A stretch of 64,000 nucleotides of DNA from Candidatus Bathyarchaeota archaeon (GCA_963768895.1 CAVYJU010000027.1:22534-86533); one strand, 5' to 3'. Shown: positions 10,457 to 22,560, counted from the stretch's first letter. The notes: generated by a model not told the origin, from the letters alone. Made by a program: numbers and translations.

Positions 10457-10513
10457 GCACCAAATGGAACATTAGCAGTTCAAGTTGTAACAAATAAGTC
10501 ACAATGTTTAAAT
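10457..10513 (+). promoter_or_regulatory. lysW operon promoter with multi-box operator and TATA
   Basis: GGAACAT-N14-GTAACAA-N4-GTCACAAT-G-TTTAAAT; aligns without gaps to the argG and ncRNA promoters. Confidence 0.75.
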
Positions 10514-10570
10514 TAAACTGGGAATTAATCAAAAAGACATTTCCAAAAAAACAAAAGTGACGAATAAAAA

Positions 10571-10777
10571 ATGATTAAACCCGTAATTTCGAATCCACAA
10601 AAAGTGAAGGCAAAATGCCCAGATTGTGACGCAGACCTTGACGTTCCATCAGATACAGAAAAAGGAGAAATCCTAAGCTGCCCCGGATGCGGACTAGAAC
10701 TTGAAGTTAAACAGGTAAAAGGCGGCTGCGTAGACCTTCAAGAATTAACCATTGAAGGCGAAGACTGGGGCGAATAA
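10571..10777 (+). CDS. lysW: Amino-group carrier protein LysW
   Basis: CPDC...CPGC zinc ribbon, C-terminal EDWGE. Confidence 0.95.
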   Translation: MIKPVISNPQKVKAKCPDCDADLDVPSDTEKGEILSCPGCGLELEVKQVKGGCVDLQELTIEGEDWGE

Positions 10778-10850
10778 GCAGTATCCCCAACTTGTCTTCA
10801 TTATTTGAACCAGTTTTTTGAATTAGTATTTTTGGTGGAGCAGAAAAGCG

Positions 10851-12035
10851 ATGAGCGTAGCACTTTTATATGAGCGGTCAGAAAACGATGAAAACGGCAT
10901 AAAATTAACCGCTCAACAATTAGGCATTGACTTGACTTTTCTGCCCTTCAGAAAAATTGCTTTTTCTATTTCTAAGGCTGGCTTTAACGCTAAAACTAAA
11001 GGCAAAGACTACACAGGCATAATCAATGAGACCGCTGTTGTGCTTAATCGCGCTCAAAGTAAAAACCGTCGGCTACAAGCCTCGTACATCATGGAGCAAC
11101 TTGGCAAAAAAACCATTAACAATTCACAAATCGAGTTTGTATGCTACAGCAAACTGCGTACATTGCTTAATTTTTGGAAAGATGGCTTGCCGATTCCCAA
11201 AACGGTTTTTGTCCCTTGTGACTCAACTGATACTTTGAAGAATAGCCAAGTTATTCACAATGAAAAAGACATAGCGGAACTGTTCCAGCAAGAAATTCCT
11301 ATTTCAGAAGGTATTGTAATTAAGGCTGATGCTGGAACTCATGGCAAAATGATCATGTTAGCAAATAATGATGAAGAACTCATTGCGAATATTCAGGAAA
11401 CAAAGCCTTCAATAATTAACCCCGTTGGTGTTGTAGCGCAGGAAGTGATTCAGAAATGGTTTTACGATTTAAGAATAATTGTTCACAAGGAAAAAGCCAA
11501 ACAGCCTTTTTGCTATCCTATTGCGATGGCAAGAGCTGGGTTTAGGGATTTTAGGACCAACACTTTTTTGGGAAATTTGGTTTTTGGTGTCAAACTGCCC
11601 AAAAGTATTCAGGATTTAGCGGTGAAATGTGGTAGAAGCTTAAGCAAAGGTAGTGAAGCATGGATTTTTGCTCTAGATGCAATGGTGAATGTTAAAGAAA
11701 ATAAGCAGGTTGACGAAGATTGTCTTAAGGCTGAACTTGATAAGGCAGCTAAGGCATTTGTGCCTTTTCAAAGGGTTAAGCAAGATGAAACTCGCCGAAC
11801 CGATTTTCAAGGTTGGAATAGTAAATTGGAACGAGCGTTTCAAGGCTATGCTAATACCGTAAACTACGAAAATATTAAAAAGATAATTGAAGAAAGCGTA
11901 GAAAAAAATAAGAGTGCATTGGTGTTTCATGAGTCGAATTCTTGTCCAGAGTTCTGGGAGAACACTCGGCTTGCGACAGGGTATAACGTGGCTGTTCCCC
12001 TGTTGAAGAGTGCGCTGAGCTTAATTGATCATTAA
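10851..12035 (+). CDS. lysX: LysX/ArgX-like ATP-grasp LysW ligase (long, divergent)
   Basis: Position after lysW; LPIPKT, QEVI..DLRI, FRTNT.LG, HESNSCPEF RimK-like motifs. Confidence 0.7.
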   Translation: MSVALLYERSENDENGIKLTAQQLGIDLTFLPFRKIAFSISKAGFNAKTKGKDYTGIINETAVVLNRAQSKNRRLQASYIMEQLGKKTINNSQIEFVCYSKLRTLLNFWKDGLPIPKTVFVPCDSTDTLKNSQVIHNEKDIAELFQQEIPISEGIVIKADAGTHGKMIMLANNDEELIANIQETKPSIINPVGVVAQEVIQKWFYDLRIIVHKEKAKQPFCYPIAMARAGFRDFRTNTFLGNLVFGVKLPKSIQDLAVKCGRSLSKGSEAWIFALDAMVNVKENKQVDEDCLKAELDKAAKAFVPFQRVKQDETRRTDFQGWNSKLERAFQGYANTVNYENIKKIIEESVEKNKSALVFHESNSCPEFWENTRLATGYNVAVPLLKSALSLIDH

Positions 12036-12057
12036 TTAAAGAAAGAGGTAAAATAAA

Positions 12058-13113
12058 ATGTTGAGAATTGGAATAATTGGTGGTTCAGGATATGTTGGCA
12101 GTGAACTTTTGCGTTTGCTGTTATTGCATCCTCAAGTAGATGTAACTATGATTACTTCTCGACAAAGCGTGGGAGAATACTTGTTCAATATGCATCCGAA
12201 CTTGCGAAGCATGACACAACTAAAATTTGTACCTCAAGATATGGATGAGTTGCAGAAGAACTGTGACTTAATCTTCACTGCGACTCCTCACGGGGGCTCC
12301 GTTAATCTGGTTCCTAAGCTCTTAGAGGCTGGGTTAAAAGTAATTGACATGAGTGCTGATTATCGACTGAAAAACCCGGCAGATTATGAAACTTATTATG
12401 GTTGGAAACATGCACATCCAGATTTGCTTAAGGATGCAGTATACGGTTTACCTGAGATTCATCGAGAAGAAATTAAAACGGCTAAGATAATTGCTTGTCC
12501 AGGCTGCATGGCCACGTCTGCTATCCTCGGTTTAGCGCCAATAGTTAAAGCTGGACTGGTTGACAAAGATAAAATCGTAGTCGATTTAAAAGTAGGTTCA
12601 TCAGGCGGCGGCAGCAAACCATCGCTTTCATCCCACCATCCTGAACGATTCAGCGGAGTTCGTCCCTACCAAGTTGTTGGCCACCGACACACCGCCGAAG
12701 TTGAACAAGAACTTAACGGATTAACTAGTGAACAAGTGAAAATCTCGTTCACACCCCACGCGGTAAACATGGTCCGCGGAATTCTGGCAACAATTCACAC
12801 TTTTCCCAAACAAAAGATCGAGAACAAGGATATCTGGCGAGCACTTCGCGCAATGTACAGCAATGAGCCCTTTGTACGCTTAGTGAAATATCAAAAAGGA
12901 CCTTACCAGTTGCCTGATCCTAAAGTAACTCAGGGCACAAATTTCTGCGATGTTGGTTTTGAGATAGATGAGCATGCAAATCGGCTTTTGCTTTTCTCAG
13001 CTCTTGACAACATGACCAAAGGTGCAGCAGGCCAGGCAGTGCAATGCATGAACATCCAACTAGGCATTGACGAAACAACTGGTCTAAAAAGCACTGGGTT
13101 TCACCCGATGTGA
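12058..13113 (+). CDS. lysY: LysW-aminoadipyl/glutamyl-phosphate reductase (ArgC family)
   Basis: GGSGYVG, IACPGC, DNMTKGAAGQAVQ. Confidence 0.92.
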   Translation: MLRIGIIGGSGYVGSELLRLLLLHPQVDVTMITSRQSVGEYLFNMHPNLRSMTQLKFVPQDMDELQKNCDLIFTATPHGGSVNLVPKLLEAGLKVIDMSADYRLKNPADYETYYGWKHAHPDLLKDAVYGLPEIHREEIKTAKIIACPGCMATSAILGLAPIVKAGLVDKDKIVVDLKVGSSGGGSKPSLSSHHPERFSGVRPYQVVGHRHTAEVEQELNGLTSEQVKISFTPHAVNMVRGILATIHTFPKQKIENKDIWRALRAMYSNEPFVRLVKYQKGPYQLPDPKVTQGTNFCDVGFEIDEHANRLLLFSALDNMTKGAAGQAVQCMNIQLGIDETTGLKSTGFHPM

Positions 13114-13928
13114 CTATTATGTTGCTTGTAATAAAAATGGGCGGCAGCATACTCAAAGATGGTGCATCTAAAGAACTAGTTGCTGACTTAAAAGAAGTAT
13201 CCAAAAATAACAAAGTCATTCTGGTTCATGGCGGCGGTTTTGAAGTTACTGAAATCGCATCTAAGTTGGGTAAGGAACAAAAATTCATTATTTCTCCTGA
13301 GGGTTTTAGAAGCCGCTATACTGACAAAGAAACCATAGAAATTTACACAATGGTTATGGCGGGAAAAATAAACAAGCAAATCGTTTTAGCATTACAACGC
13401 GAAGGCATTTCTGCTGTTGGAATAACTGGCTTGGATGGTGCAACTTTGAGGGGTGACCGAAAAGCAAAGCTTATTCATGTAGACGAGCGGGGCAGAAAAA
13501 AAGTTATCGACGGCGGTTATACTGGAAAAATAAACCAAGTTAACTCTGGATTGATTAATCTTTTGCTTGAGAAAGGCTATGTTCCAATTGTTACACCTAT
13601 TGCGCTTAGCCAAGATTTTGAGCCGCTTAACGTGGATGGCGACCGAACAGCTGCTAACATCGCAGGCGCCCTTAAAGCAGATCGCTTAATCTTACTCACA
13701 GATGTGCAAGGCTTAATGTTCAAAGGCGAGTGTGTCCCAAAAATTAGTGCAACAGAAGTTAAAGAGGTCATGTCAAGCATTGGTTCTGGAATGAGCACTA
13801 AAGTCCATGCAGCTGTAGAAGCATTAGATCAAGGTGTCAAAGAAGTCATAGTTACAGCAGGCGCGGGCAATCAGCCTATTAGCTTAGCATTAGAACATAA
13901 GGTAGGTACAGTGATAACCGGTGAATGA
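13110..13928 (+). CDS. lysZ: LysW-aminoadipate/glutamate kinase (ArgB family)
   Basis: KMGGS, VHGGG, SPEGFRSRYTD, LNVDGDR. Confidence 0.92.
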   Translation: MTIMLLVIKMGGSILKDGASKELVADLKEVSKNNKVILVHGGGFEVTEIASKLGKEQKFIISPEGFRSRYTDKETIEIYTMVMAGKINKQIVLALQREGISAVGITGLDGATLRGDRKAKLIHVDERGRKKVIDGGYTGKINQVNSGLINLLLEKGYVPIVTPIALSQDFEPLNVDGDRTAANIAGALKADRLILLTDVQGLMFKGECVPKISATEVKEVMSSIGSGMSTKVHAAVEALDQGVKEVIVTAGAGNQPISLALEHKVGTVITGE

Positions 13929-15132
13929 CATAGAAATAATAGACATTGAAACTCGGTTAATGGCAAATGTTTTCAGCAAAAAACCAGTTGTACTCACAAG
14001 AGGTAAGGGAGCCATTGTATGGGACATAAATGGCAAAGAATACCTAGATTGCTCCACCAGCTATGGTGTCGCTTTGCTAGGACACTGTCACCCCAAAGTT
14101 GTGGCGGCGGTTCAAACTCAAGCTGAACAACTTATCACGTGTCATGGCAGCTATTATAATGATAAACGAGCAGAATTTGTTGATAAGCTTGTTAAGATGA
14201 TGCCTAAAGGCTTGGATAAATTGTTTCTTTCGAACAGCGGCGCGGAATCTGTCGAGTGCGCCATAAAACTTGCGCGTAAATTCACGGGTAAAACAGAGAT
14301 TATCGCTTTGATGGGGGGTTTTCACGGTAAAACTATGGGTGCACTGTCAGCTACGTGGGACAAGAAGTATCGTGAACCCTTTATGCCCCTTGTTCCTGAG
14401 TTCAAACACGTTGCCCCTGATGACGCCTATAAAGTTCGTGAAGCAATAACTGAGAAAACAGCCGCGGTCTTAATGGAGCCTATCCGAGGAGAAGGCGGTG
14501 TACGGGTTCCACAGGACGGTTATTTACAGTTGGTGCGGAAAATCTGTGATGAAAAAAATGTTTTGTTAATCTTTGATGAGGTACAAACAAGTTTTGGCAG
14601 AACTGGTAAACTGTTTGGGTGCCAGAACTGGGATGTTACACCAGACATCATGTGTCTGGCAAAGCCTTTTGCAGGTGGCCTACCGATCGGAATAACAGTA
14701 GCTAAAGAAAACATTATGTCAGCGTTTAAAATCGGTGAGCACTCAACTACATTTAGTGGAAGCCCTTTGGTGTGTGCCGCTGGATGTGCAGCCATTGATG
14801 CGCTTGTCGAAGAAAAACTCGTCGATCACGCTGCGGAAATGGGTGAGTACTTTAAGTCTCGACTGGAAGGTTTAATGGATAAGCATAGAATCATCAAGGA
14901 AGTTCGAGGGTTAGGCTTAATGCTTGGCATTGAACTTCGTTTTGATGTTCGTAACATAATTCTTAAAGCTGCGGAAAAAGGGGTTTTGGTGTTGGATGCT
15001 GGAAGAACCGTTGTTCGATTGTTGCCGCCCTTAGTGATTAACAAGAAGCAAATTGATCGAGCAATCACTGTTCTAGATGAGGTCTTAGGAGAAGAAGAAA
15101 ATGAGCGAGCAAGCAATACGGTTCCTAACTAA
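13921..15132 (+). CDS. lysJ: LysW-dependent class III aminotransferase (ArgD family)
   Basis: NSGAES, FHGKT, DEVQT.FGRTG, LAKPFAGG. Confidence 0.92.
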   Translation: MNDIEIIDIETRLMANVFSKKPVVLTRGKGAIVWDINGKEYLDCSTSYGVALLGHCHPKVVAAVQTQAEQLITCHGSYYNDKRAEFVDKLVKMMPKGLDKLFLSNSGAESVECAIKLARKFTGKTEIIALMGGFHGKTMGALSATWDKKYREPFMPLVPEFKHVAPDDAYKVREAITEKTAAVLMEPIRGEGGVRVPQDGYLQLVRKICDEKNVLLIFDEVQTSFGRTGKLFGCQNWDVTPDIMCLAKPFAGGLPIGITVAKENIMSAFKIGEHSTTFSGSPLVCAAGCAAIDALVEEKLVDHAAEMGEYFKSRLEGLMDKHRIIKEVRGLGLMLGIELRFDVRNIILKAAEKGVLVLDAGRTVVRLLPPLVINKKQIDRAITVLDEVLGEEENERASNTVPN

Positions 15133-16237
15133 CCTTCTGGGCATTTACAGTCCTTCAGGAAAAGAAATTGATGCAGCCAATTTCTTAGAGTATGAAATGA
15201 GAAAAATGGGTTTTGAAGTTGGAAAAGATGCCATCGGCAACGTAATTGGCGTTGTCGGTGAAGGCCAACCAGTTATCCTTCTTTGCGGGCACATGGATAC
15301 GGTGGCTGGGCATTTGCCGCTTCGCATTGAAGAAGGAAAAATCTTCGCAAGGGGCGCCGTAGATGCCAAAGGTCCGCTCGCAGCAATGATTATGGCTGCG
15401 GTTGAAGCTGCTAAGGAGCCTGGGTTTAAGGGTGAAATTTTGGTTGCCAGTGTTGTGGAAGAAGAAGCTACCAGCCGAGGCGTCAAGTATCTCATAACTC
15501 AGGGGATCAAAGCGGATTACGCAATTTTCGGTGAGCCTAGTGGTGTTGAGAACGTAACCGTCGGTTATAAAGGTCAAATCCAACTAAAAATCGTTTGCAA
15601 AACCGAGACAGGACATTCTTCTACGCCGTGGATGTTTGATAATGCCTTAGAGAAAGCATATGCGCTTTGGGATCAAATTAAAAATGCGTCTTCATATCCT
15701 TCGTTAGATCCTTCGGCAAGCCCATATAATGCTGTCACAGCCTGTTTAGTTAAAGTTGTAGGTGGAAGAGCAACTTCCGTTGTTCCTTTTGAAGTTGAGA
15801 TGTTTCTTGACGTTCGAGTGCCAATACAATTTAGCACCTCACAGGTTTTTGAGCAAATAGAGAAAATAATTACAAAGTATCATGTTGCTAATCCTAAGGT
15901 TTCTGTGAAAGCAACTGTATTGGATACTGTTGAGCCTTTTGAAGTTAACAAAGCTTCACCCCTTGTGCATGTGTTATCTTCGTCTGTTAGAAAGGTGCTA
16001 AACAAACCGGCCATGCTTCTGCACAAAACTGGAACTGGTGACATGAATATTTTGGGTAAAGCTATGAACCTGCCGATAGTTACCTATGGACCAGGTGATT
16101 CTCACTTAGATCATACTTTAGATGAGCATATTGAAATAAGTGAATACCTTAGTTCGATACAGGTTTACAAAGAAACTCTTGTCAAATTATCAGAGCTTTA
16201 TAACATTAAGAATGGGAAAACGGAAAATTCTTTTTAA
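15101..16237 (+). CDS. lysK: LysW-lysine/ornithine hydrolase (M20, ArgE family)
   Basis: GHMDTV, GAVDAKG, VEEE, GTGDMN, YGPGDS. Confidence 0.92.
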   Translation: MSEQAIRFLTNLLGIYSPSGKEIDAANFLEYEMRKMGFEVGKDAIGNVIGVVGEGQPVILLCGHMDTVAGHLPLRIEEGKIFARGAVDAKGPLAAMIMAAVEAAKEPGFKGEILVASVVEEEATSRGVKYLITQGIKADYAIFGEPSGVENVTVGYKGQIQLKIVCKTETGHSSTPWMFDNALEKAYALWDQIKNASSYPSLDPSASPYNAVTACLVKVVGGRATSVVPFEVEMFLDVRVPIQFSTSQVFEQIEKIITKYHVANPKVSVKATVLDTVEPFEVNKASPLVHVLSSSVRKVLNKPAMLLHKTGTGDMNILGKAMNLPIVTYGPGDSHLDHTLDEHIEISEYLSSIQVYKETLVKLSELYNIKNGKTENSF

Positions 16238-16531
16238 TATGTCACGTAATTGACTTCAAATGCTGAAGAATTAGAGGTTAGCGGTTGTCAGGTGAACTTT
16301 AGAGACGAACTAGACTTTTAGGTCTTGATGAGCTCTCTGAAGGGAAAGTTATTGCTTAATTGAAGGTTGCGGGCTAGCAGTTTCTTTGTATAAAGTGTTC
16401 TTCGAAGGATGAATGTGAGAGTTTTAAGTGGTATCTGAAATGGTTTAGCTAATAAAGCCTATTCCAATTGTGTTATGTGCGATTGTAAAACTTAATTTAT
16501 AGCGATTGAGCTTGTATTGAGGGCTGAGTTT

Positions 16532-16745
16532 ATGGATAAGGATGATTTGGTTGAAATTAAGGTAAAACGGGTTCAACGGAGAAATCGAGTATAAAGTTGA
16601 TTGTTGCAAGGGCGTTACAAGTGAAGAGTTGGCTCACTATCTTGATGAGATAATTGAAGGCATTTGCAATTGGAAACCCGAAGTCTGCGAAGAAACTGTT
16701 GAAACAATTGTGGGAAAAATTAAGGTTGCAATAGTAAAAAAGTAA
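16532..16745 (+). CDS. Small hypothetical protein (~70 aa), one frameshift; not in ORF track
   Basis: MDKDDLVEIKVKR / FNGEIEYKVDCCKGVTSEELAHYLDEIIEGICNWKPEVCEE...KK; TTTATA about 30 nt upstream. Confidence 0.5.
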
Positions 16746-16851
16746 TTCAACAATTTTAGATTTACCAAAACTAATCTAAAACAAAACTGTTTCAGGTTCT
16801 TGGGAATTTTGTATCTATAGCAGTGCATATTATCTTGTTAGAAAGCTTCAA

Positions 16852-17681
16852 TTATGCTTGGATTTTTTCAGATGTAACTCCATCAAACTCCATTATTTTT
16901 TCTTGAGCATTCTTAGTATTTATGTATGTTAACTTGTATCTGGGTGCGTAAATTATGGAGCGTTCTGTTACTTCAAAATTCTCGCTAACAATTCTGCTCA
17001 CGTCGCTTGGTCGTTTATTATTCTTTGCTTAAGGAAGTCTACATCGGTGTTTTCGTCGAATTGTTTTAAGCCGTTTTGTTCAATTATTTCTTGGGGATTT
17101 TTTTCTGAAGGAGCAGATGGCAAACTTTTTGGCGGGGTGTCTTGGCCTTGACTGTTTAGGACTAGAAAAGCTTTTGCCTCGTTAAATATGCGTTCTTCTC
17201 CTTCAAGTTTGATCTGATTATTAGTACCATGTGAGCCTCCTGCGCCGTGTTGAGGCAAGATTTTGTTATTTAGTAGAACGACTTCTTTGACCGTATCGTC
17301 AACCTTCACCACGTAGGTGCATCTGCGGAAGTAATCTATCGAGTATTTTCCATTAATCACGATGAAAGGTTGATAATATTTTTCTAGAGAAACAAATTCG
17401 ATTTCTTCGAGCTTGGGTTTCAATAAGCCAAATTTGGTAAATGGTTGTTGTTTGACTTTCTCAGCGGCTAACCTTATTACGGTTGGATCTACTCGAGTCT
17501 CGTAAACAATGATTTTTCTTGGAACTATGATTTCTTTTCCAAGTTTGTATTCGGTTGGCGTTGCTTCAGGTTTAGAGGTGTCTTTTTTGTTTTCAATAGA
17601 TGGTGAAGGTGTCTCAGGTGAGGGGTTTGGTTCTTTTGGGGTTTCTGCTTGAATAATTGATCCTGAATTTTTTTCACTCAA
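16852..17681 (-). CDS. Hypothetical protein; frameshift near C-terminus
   Basis: ORF 16998-17681 continues as RPSDVSRIVSENFEV...FDGVTSEKIQA* to 16852. Confidence 0.65.
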
Positions 17682-17907
17682 AAATGTTCCTCGGTCTTCA
17701 ATCTATTATGTTATCAATAAATTTGAATGTTTGTGGTGTGTTTAGTAAGGCGCTAAGTTCTTTTGTTCCAAAAAATTCTTTTCCATAAAGAATCGCGGTT
17801 TGAAGAGAAACTTAACAGTTGAAATAAGTTAATTCATTTGTAGATTGAGCATAATCTGCATTAATTTTATGTTCCAAAGAATTGTTCTTGCAAAAGAAAA
17901 AAAGTGT

Positions 17908-18375
17908 TTATGGGAAACCAGTCATCAGATCATACAAATAGGCGTCCCACTCTTTTGATTCTTTCTTCAAAATTTTCATCAACTCATTCAGTACTCTATG
18001 ATGTTTTTGTTCATCTTCCAGTATACTGAGAAGAATTTGTTTAATCCTCTTATCCTTCACTACTTTGCTGATTTGTTCCGTCTGCGCCAGCATCTTAGCT
18101 TCTTCAACAATGTGGCTCTTTAATTCTTGCTCTCCGAGTTTCGCACTTTCTTCACCTATTTGTGCTCGCTCGTTCAAATCCATAAGCATTTGATAGGTGT
18201 CCGAATGCCTCATCGTATCCAAAATTATGCTATGTATATAGAGTTTTATTATTGGATTTTTAGCAGATTCGTACAAAGGCATCAGTTTCTTTGATGTTTC
18301 ATCTTCAAAAAATTTCTGTTTCTTAATTTTGCTTAACGTACTTTCATCTAACACTTCCCACGACAAAATACTCAA
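17908..18375 (-). CDS. Ferritin-like/rubrerythrin-domain protein
   Basis: FEDET..DTMRH and EEAKM..DEQKHH diiron-type pairs. Confidence 0.75.
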   Translation of the reverse strand: MSILSWEVLDESTLSKIKKQKFFEDETSKKLMPLYESAKNPIIKLYIHSIILDTMRHSDTYQMLMDLNERAQIGEESAKLGEQELKSHIVEEAKMLAQTEQISKVVKDKRIKQILLSILEDEQKHHRVLNELMKILKKESKEWDAYLYDLMTGFP

Positions 18376-18583
18376 CCTCTATTAAGAAAAAAATAATATT
18401 TTCCTAATTATTAGTCTTGCTACTTAAATGAGATGCGGAACCCATCTTTTATACTGATTTCTAAATATGACATAGAAAAATCTCTCAATTTGGTAGTAAT
18501 TTGGTACTTATTTGAGTGAAAATCGGAAAAATCGATTAATAATCTCTCCACAATATTGGAACCTGCGAGGGAAGACAAGAAAA

Positions 18584-18826
18584 ATGAAACAAAAAAGTAC
18601 GTATATGTTAGATTTGACCAAAATAGGTGGAAAAGGGGATTTTTCCTGTCCATGCTGCGGAAACACAATTTCTCCTGACGATTGCACCGAAAACGCTTAC
18701 ACCATTATTGAAGCAAAGGTCAATAACCAAGGTTTAGATGAAGTATTGATTTGTTGCAACAAATGTGGAATTCAACTTCACTTAACTGGTTTTTCCATGT
18801 TGCAAGATCTAAAAGATCAATACTGA
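18584..18826 (+). CDS. Small Zn-finger protein (paralog of 34106-34345)
   Basis: DLTKIGGKGDFSCPCCGNTISPDD...CCNKC..HLTGF. Confidence 0.75.
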   Translation: MKQKSTYMLDLTKIGGKGDFSCPCCGNTISPDDCTENAYTIIEAKVNNQGLDEVLICCNKCGIQLHLTGFSMLQDLKDQY

Positions 18827-19241
18827 AGAATCTCTCGAGAAAACACAAGAATTTTCATTCTATGTGACGCACTTTTAAGACTGGTGACCATAGATGCAGG
18901 AATAAGAAAATGATGTTTTAGGCTGAACTAATGATCTTCTGCAAAGCAATAGCAGAATCAGTTTTTCGTTTATTTAAACTGTAGATTCAGTTGACCAATA
19001 TAGGTCGATTCGAGAATATTACTGGATATGTCTGAGAGCGTGAAGTGGAACTGACCAACGCAAAACAACAAGAAAACTTTTCAAATGGTATCCCATAGCA
19101 TACTCAAAGTTCAATGGAAACTGGAAGAACTTTGCGAACCGTGTTTTCACGCAACTTATAAATACACATAGAAACTAAGTGGCTTCAGTTAGAAAGAGCT
19201 ATACTGCTTTTTCTTAACATGAAAATTTAGGAGAAAAGAAA

Positions 19242-22167
19242 ATGCAAAATCTCAAATCTAAAGCTGTTGCTATACTAATTGCAACACTGTTATTAATTTC
19301 AATTGGAGCTTCAACAACAACAATAATTTCTAACGTCAGCGCACATTACTCCTGCATGGCAAATTCCAACATATGCATTCATTGTTGCGGCACCAAGCCC
19401 AATAGGTCTCGGTCAAACAGCACACGTTTACATGTGGATCGATTCGGTTTTTGGCGCAGCAGGTGGAACTACTGCTGCTGTTCCTACGAATGGCTCCACA
19501 GCCAGCTCCAGCATTGCTAGCAAACAATTACAGATTCCACAACTACAAACTCACCATTACAGCGCCTGACGGAACAGTAACAACACAGACTTTTGATGTA
19601 ATTTCGGATTCAACGTCATCACAATACACGAAAATTACTCCCAGCCAAGTTGGCACTTACACTTTCAACTTTACTTTCCCAGGACAAGACTACGCTCAAT
19701 ATGACCATTACGAAAAATCGTCGCTGATAAATGATACTTATCTGCCTAGCTTCGCGTCAACAACACTCGTGGTCCAGCAAAATCCAATTCCTGATGCAAT
19801 AAATAGCTATCCGCTTCCAACTGCCTACTGGACACACCCAATCTATGGTGAAAACACTGATTGGTGGACAATCTCGTCGAACTGGTTAGGCTACGGTTCA
19901 CCAGTTGCGGCTGCAACAGGTTATGGAGTCATTACTGGCTTGAGCAATGGCAATCAAATCCAAAGGTATCCAGGAGATGCTGTAGGGCCTCAAACTGCTC
20001 ACATCATGTGGACAAAGCCAATCCAGTTCGGGGGAGTTGTTGGAGGAAACCCGTTTATTGCTGGGGGCTCAAATCCCAGCGGTGCTGCTCCGGGATCTGC
20101 TTACTTTGATGGTTCTTCGTATCAGAATAGATTTACCAACCCAATAATAATCAATGGCTACCTCTACTATACTGAGCCTATAGCATTCACAGGCACAAAC
20201 AGTGGACCTACCGATTGCGTTGACCTTCGTACAGGACAACAACTCTGGTCTCGACTTGATGTTCCCGTACTTATCATTCGGCTACATTTACAATCTTTGG
20301 GATCCTGACCAGCACGGAGTATTTCCACCAATGCTATTCACTTCCAACTTTGCTCAAGGGTTTGATGCGTATACAGGCGATCCAATGTTTAACGTAACTA
20401 ATGTTCCCTCAGGCACTACAGTTTCTGGTCCAAGCGGTGAACAATTAAGGCTTGTCTTTGCTAACGCTGGCACAAATGCTGCGCCACAATGGTACTTGGC
20501 TGAGTGGAACTCGTCCAAACTTTGGCAATACGATGTTAACCCATATACAGGCGGCGGAAGTCTATCACCATCCATTATCAACGCATCAAACCTAGCCCTC
20601 GTTTCAACTCTACCTGTTCCAATTACAGGCGGTTTTGCTACATTGCCAAACGGGAGTCTCTACTTCATTACCTTTTGGTTCAGCACTAACAGTCAATGCC
20701 AATGTCCCACTGAACTCCACTACCATAGGAGGAACACTTAACGGCCATGGAACTACCACTTACGATTGGAACAACTCGGTGCCTTTCGCTAACAGCATGA
20801 CCCAAATAGCTTCACCATCCGGCGCCCTATCGACTCCATTTACAGTTGTAGCGGCCTTCACCAACAACATGATGCTATGTAGAAATGGCTCATTGCCCAC
20901 TGGATTCGCCGCATCAAACACAGGAACCCAACAGGGTCCATACACCTACTTCGCTCTTAACCTTAACGCGTCTAAAGGCGTAATAGGTAATGTAATGTGG
21001 TCAAAAACATATAACCCGCCAGCAGGCAACCTAACTGTCATCTCAGGCGTAATTGATCCAACGGCAAACAACGGATTAGGAGTCTTCACTGAATCATATG
21101 GAGAGACTATGCAAGTTGTAGGATACAGCCTTGCGACAGGGGAGAAGCTGTGGGGTCCAACGGCACCTCGAGTAGCATTTGACTATTATGGTGAACCAGG
21201 TACTCCTGATGCAGACTTTCAGGCGGCTTATGGAAACGTTTACGCTAGTGCAATGGGCGGCGTACTTTACTGTTGGAATTTGACAAATGGAAACCTGCAA
21301 TTTACGTATGGCAATGGCGGCGCGGGCAACACTACTTACGGCGGCTTGCAGATCTTTTACGGAGATTATCCAACTTTCATCAACGCTGTAGGCAACGGAA
21401 TAATATACCTAGTAACCACCGAACACACTATACCTGACCCAATCTACAAAGGCTCTTTAATACGCGCAGTCAATGCAACTACAGGACAAGAAATATGGAC
21501 ACTTAACTCTTACGTCGGAGAATTCAATCTCATCAGCTTCGCAATCGCAGATGGCTTTGCAACATTCTTAAACAGCTATGATAATCAAATCTACAGTGTA
21601 GGCAGAGGACCAAGCGCTATGACCGTAGACGCACCAATAGCTGACGTTACGCTAGGAACAGGGTTAGTCATAAGGGGCACAGTAACGGATATCTCAGCAG
21701 GGACAAAACAAAGCCAGCAAGCGGCAGACTTTCCAAACGGTGTTCCATTAGCATCCGATGCCAGCATGAAGGATTGGATGGGTTATGTTTACCAGCAAAA
21801 ACCACTTCCAAACAACTTTACAGGCGTAAGCGTAACCGTTAATGTCTTGGACTCTAACGGCAACTACAGATCAATAGGTACTGCACAAACCGACGCAACA
21901 GGCGCCTTTAGTCTCCAATGGACACCGAACATTCCTGGCAAGTACACAGTTATTGCAACTTTTGACGGCACAAATGGTTACTGGCCATCATCTGCTGAAA
22001 CAAGTTTCGGAGTAGACTCAGCACCAGCAACACCATTACCAACAGCTGCACCAATTAGCTTAGAATCCACTCAAACTTACATAATGGCAGGAGTAGCGGC
22101 AATCATTGTTGTGATAGTAATAATCGGCGCTATATTGGCAATGCTAATAACTAGAAAACGAGCGTAA
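19242..22167 (+). CDS. Large surface protein with PQQ-like beta-propeller repeats, Ig-like domains and C-terminal TM anchor; three frameshifts
   Basis: ORFs 19242, 19451, 20202 and 20635 join; homologous to 26767-29589 and 51481-54102 (HIMWT.P..FGG, VDL.TG, N.YDNQIY..G.GP, DSNGN.R.IG). Confidence 0.85.
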
Positions 22168-22560
22168 AAACCAAAACCCAAAATCTTTTTTTCTTTTGTA
22201 ATGCTTTTAGTTTTTGCCTTCTTCCGGGAATTTTGCCCTTAGGAGGATATTGTGAAAGATTTTCCACATATTTTCGAATATGTAACATACTAAATGAAAT
22301 AGGCTGTTTTCTTTGGCTTTCTTGGGCTTGGAGTTTTCTTTTATACAATTAAGGCAAACCCATCAAGTACAAACCTAATCGAATTACACTCTTAAAGTTA
22401 AGGCATAACGTAAAGTTGTCACATAATATGATGACAAGATGTTCGATTGGAAATACTGGTATGTCTTTAGGAAATTTGCTATAGTTGTAATTGCGTCAAA
22501 TTTCAATATCTTTCGCATGATATTTCTTGTAGTTATTTAATTACGAATCGATTTGTTGAA

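Noticed and set aside
16324-16343. TGATGA-N5-CTGA K-loop or C/D-box sRNA
   Set aside because: Only one box pair is present, with no room for a guide and no second pair.
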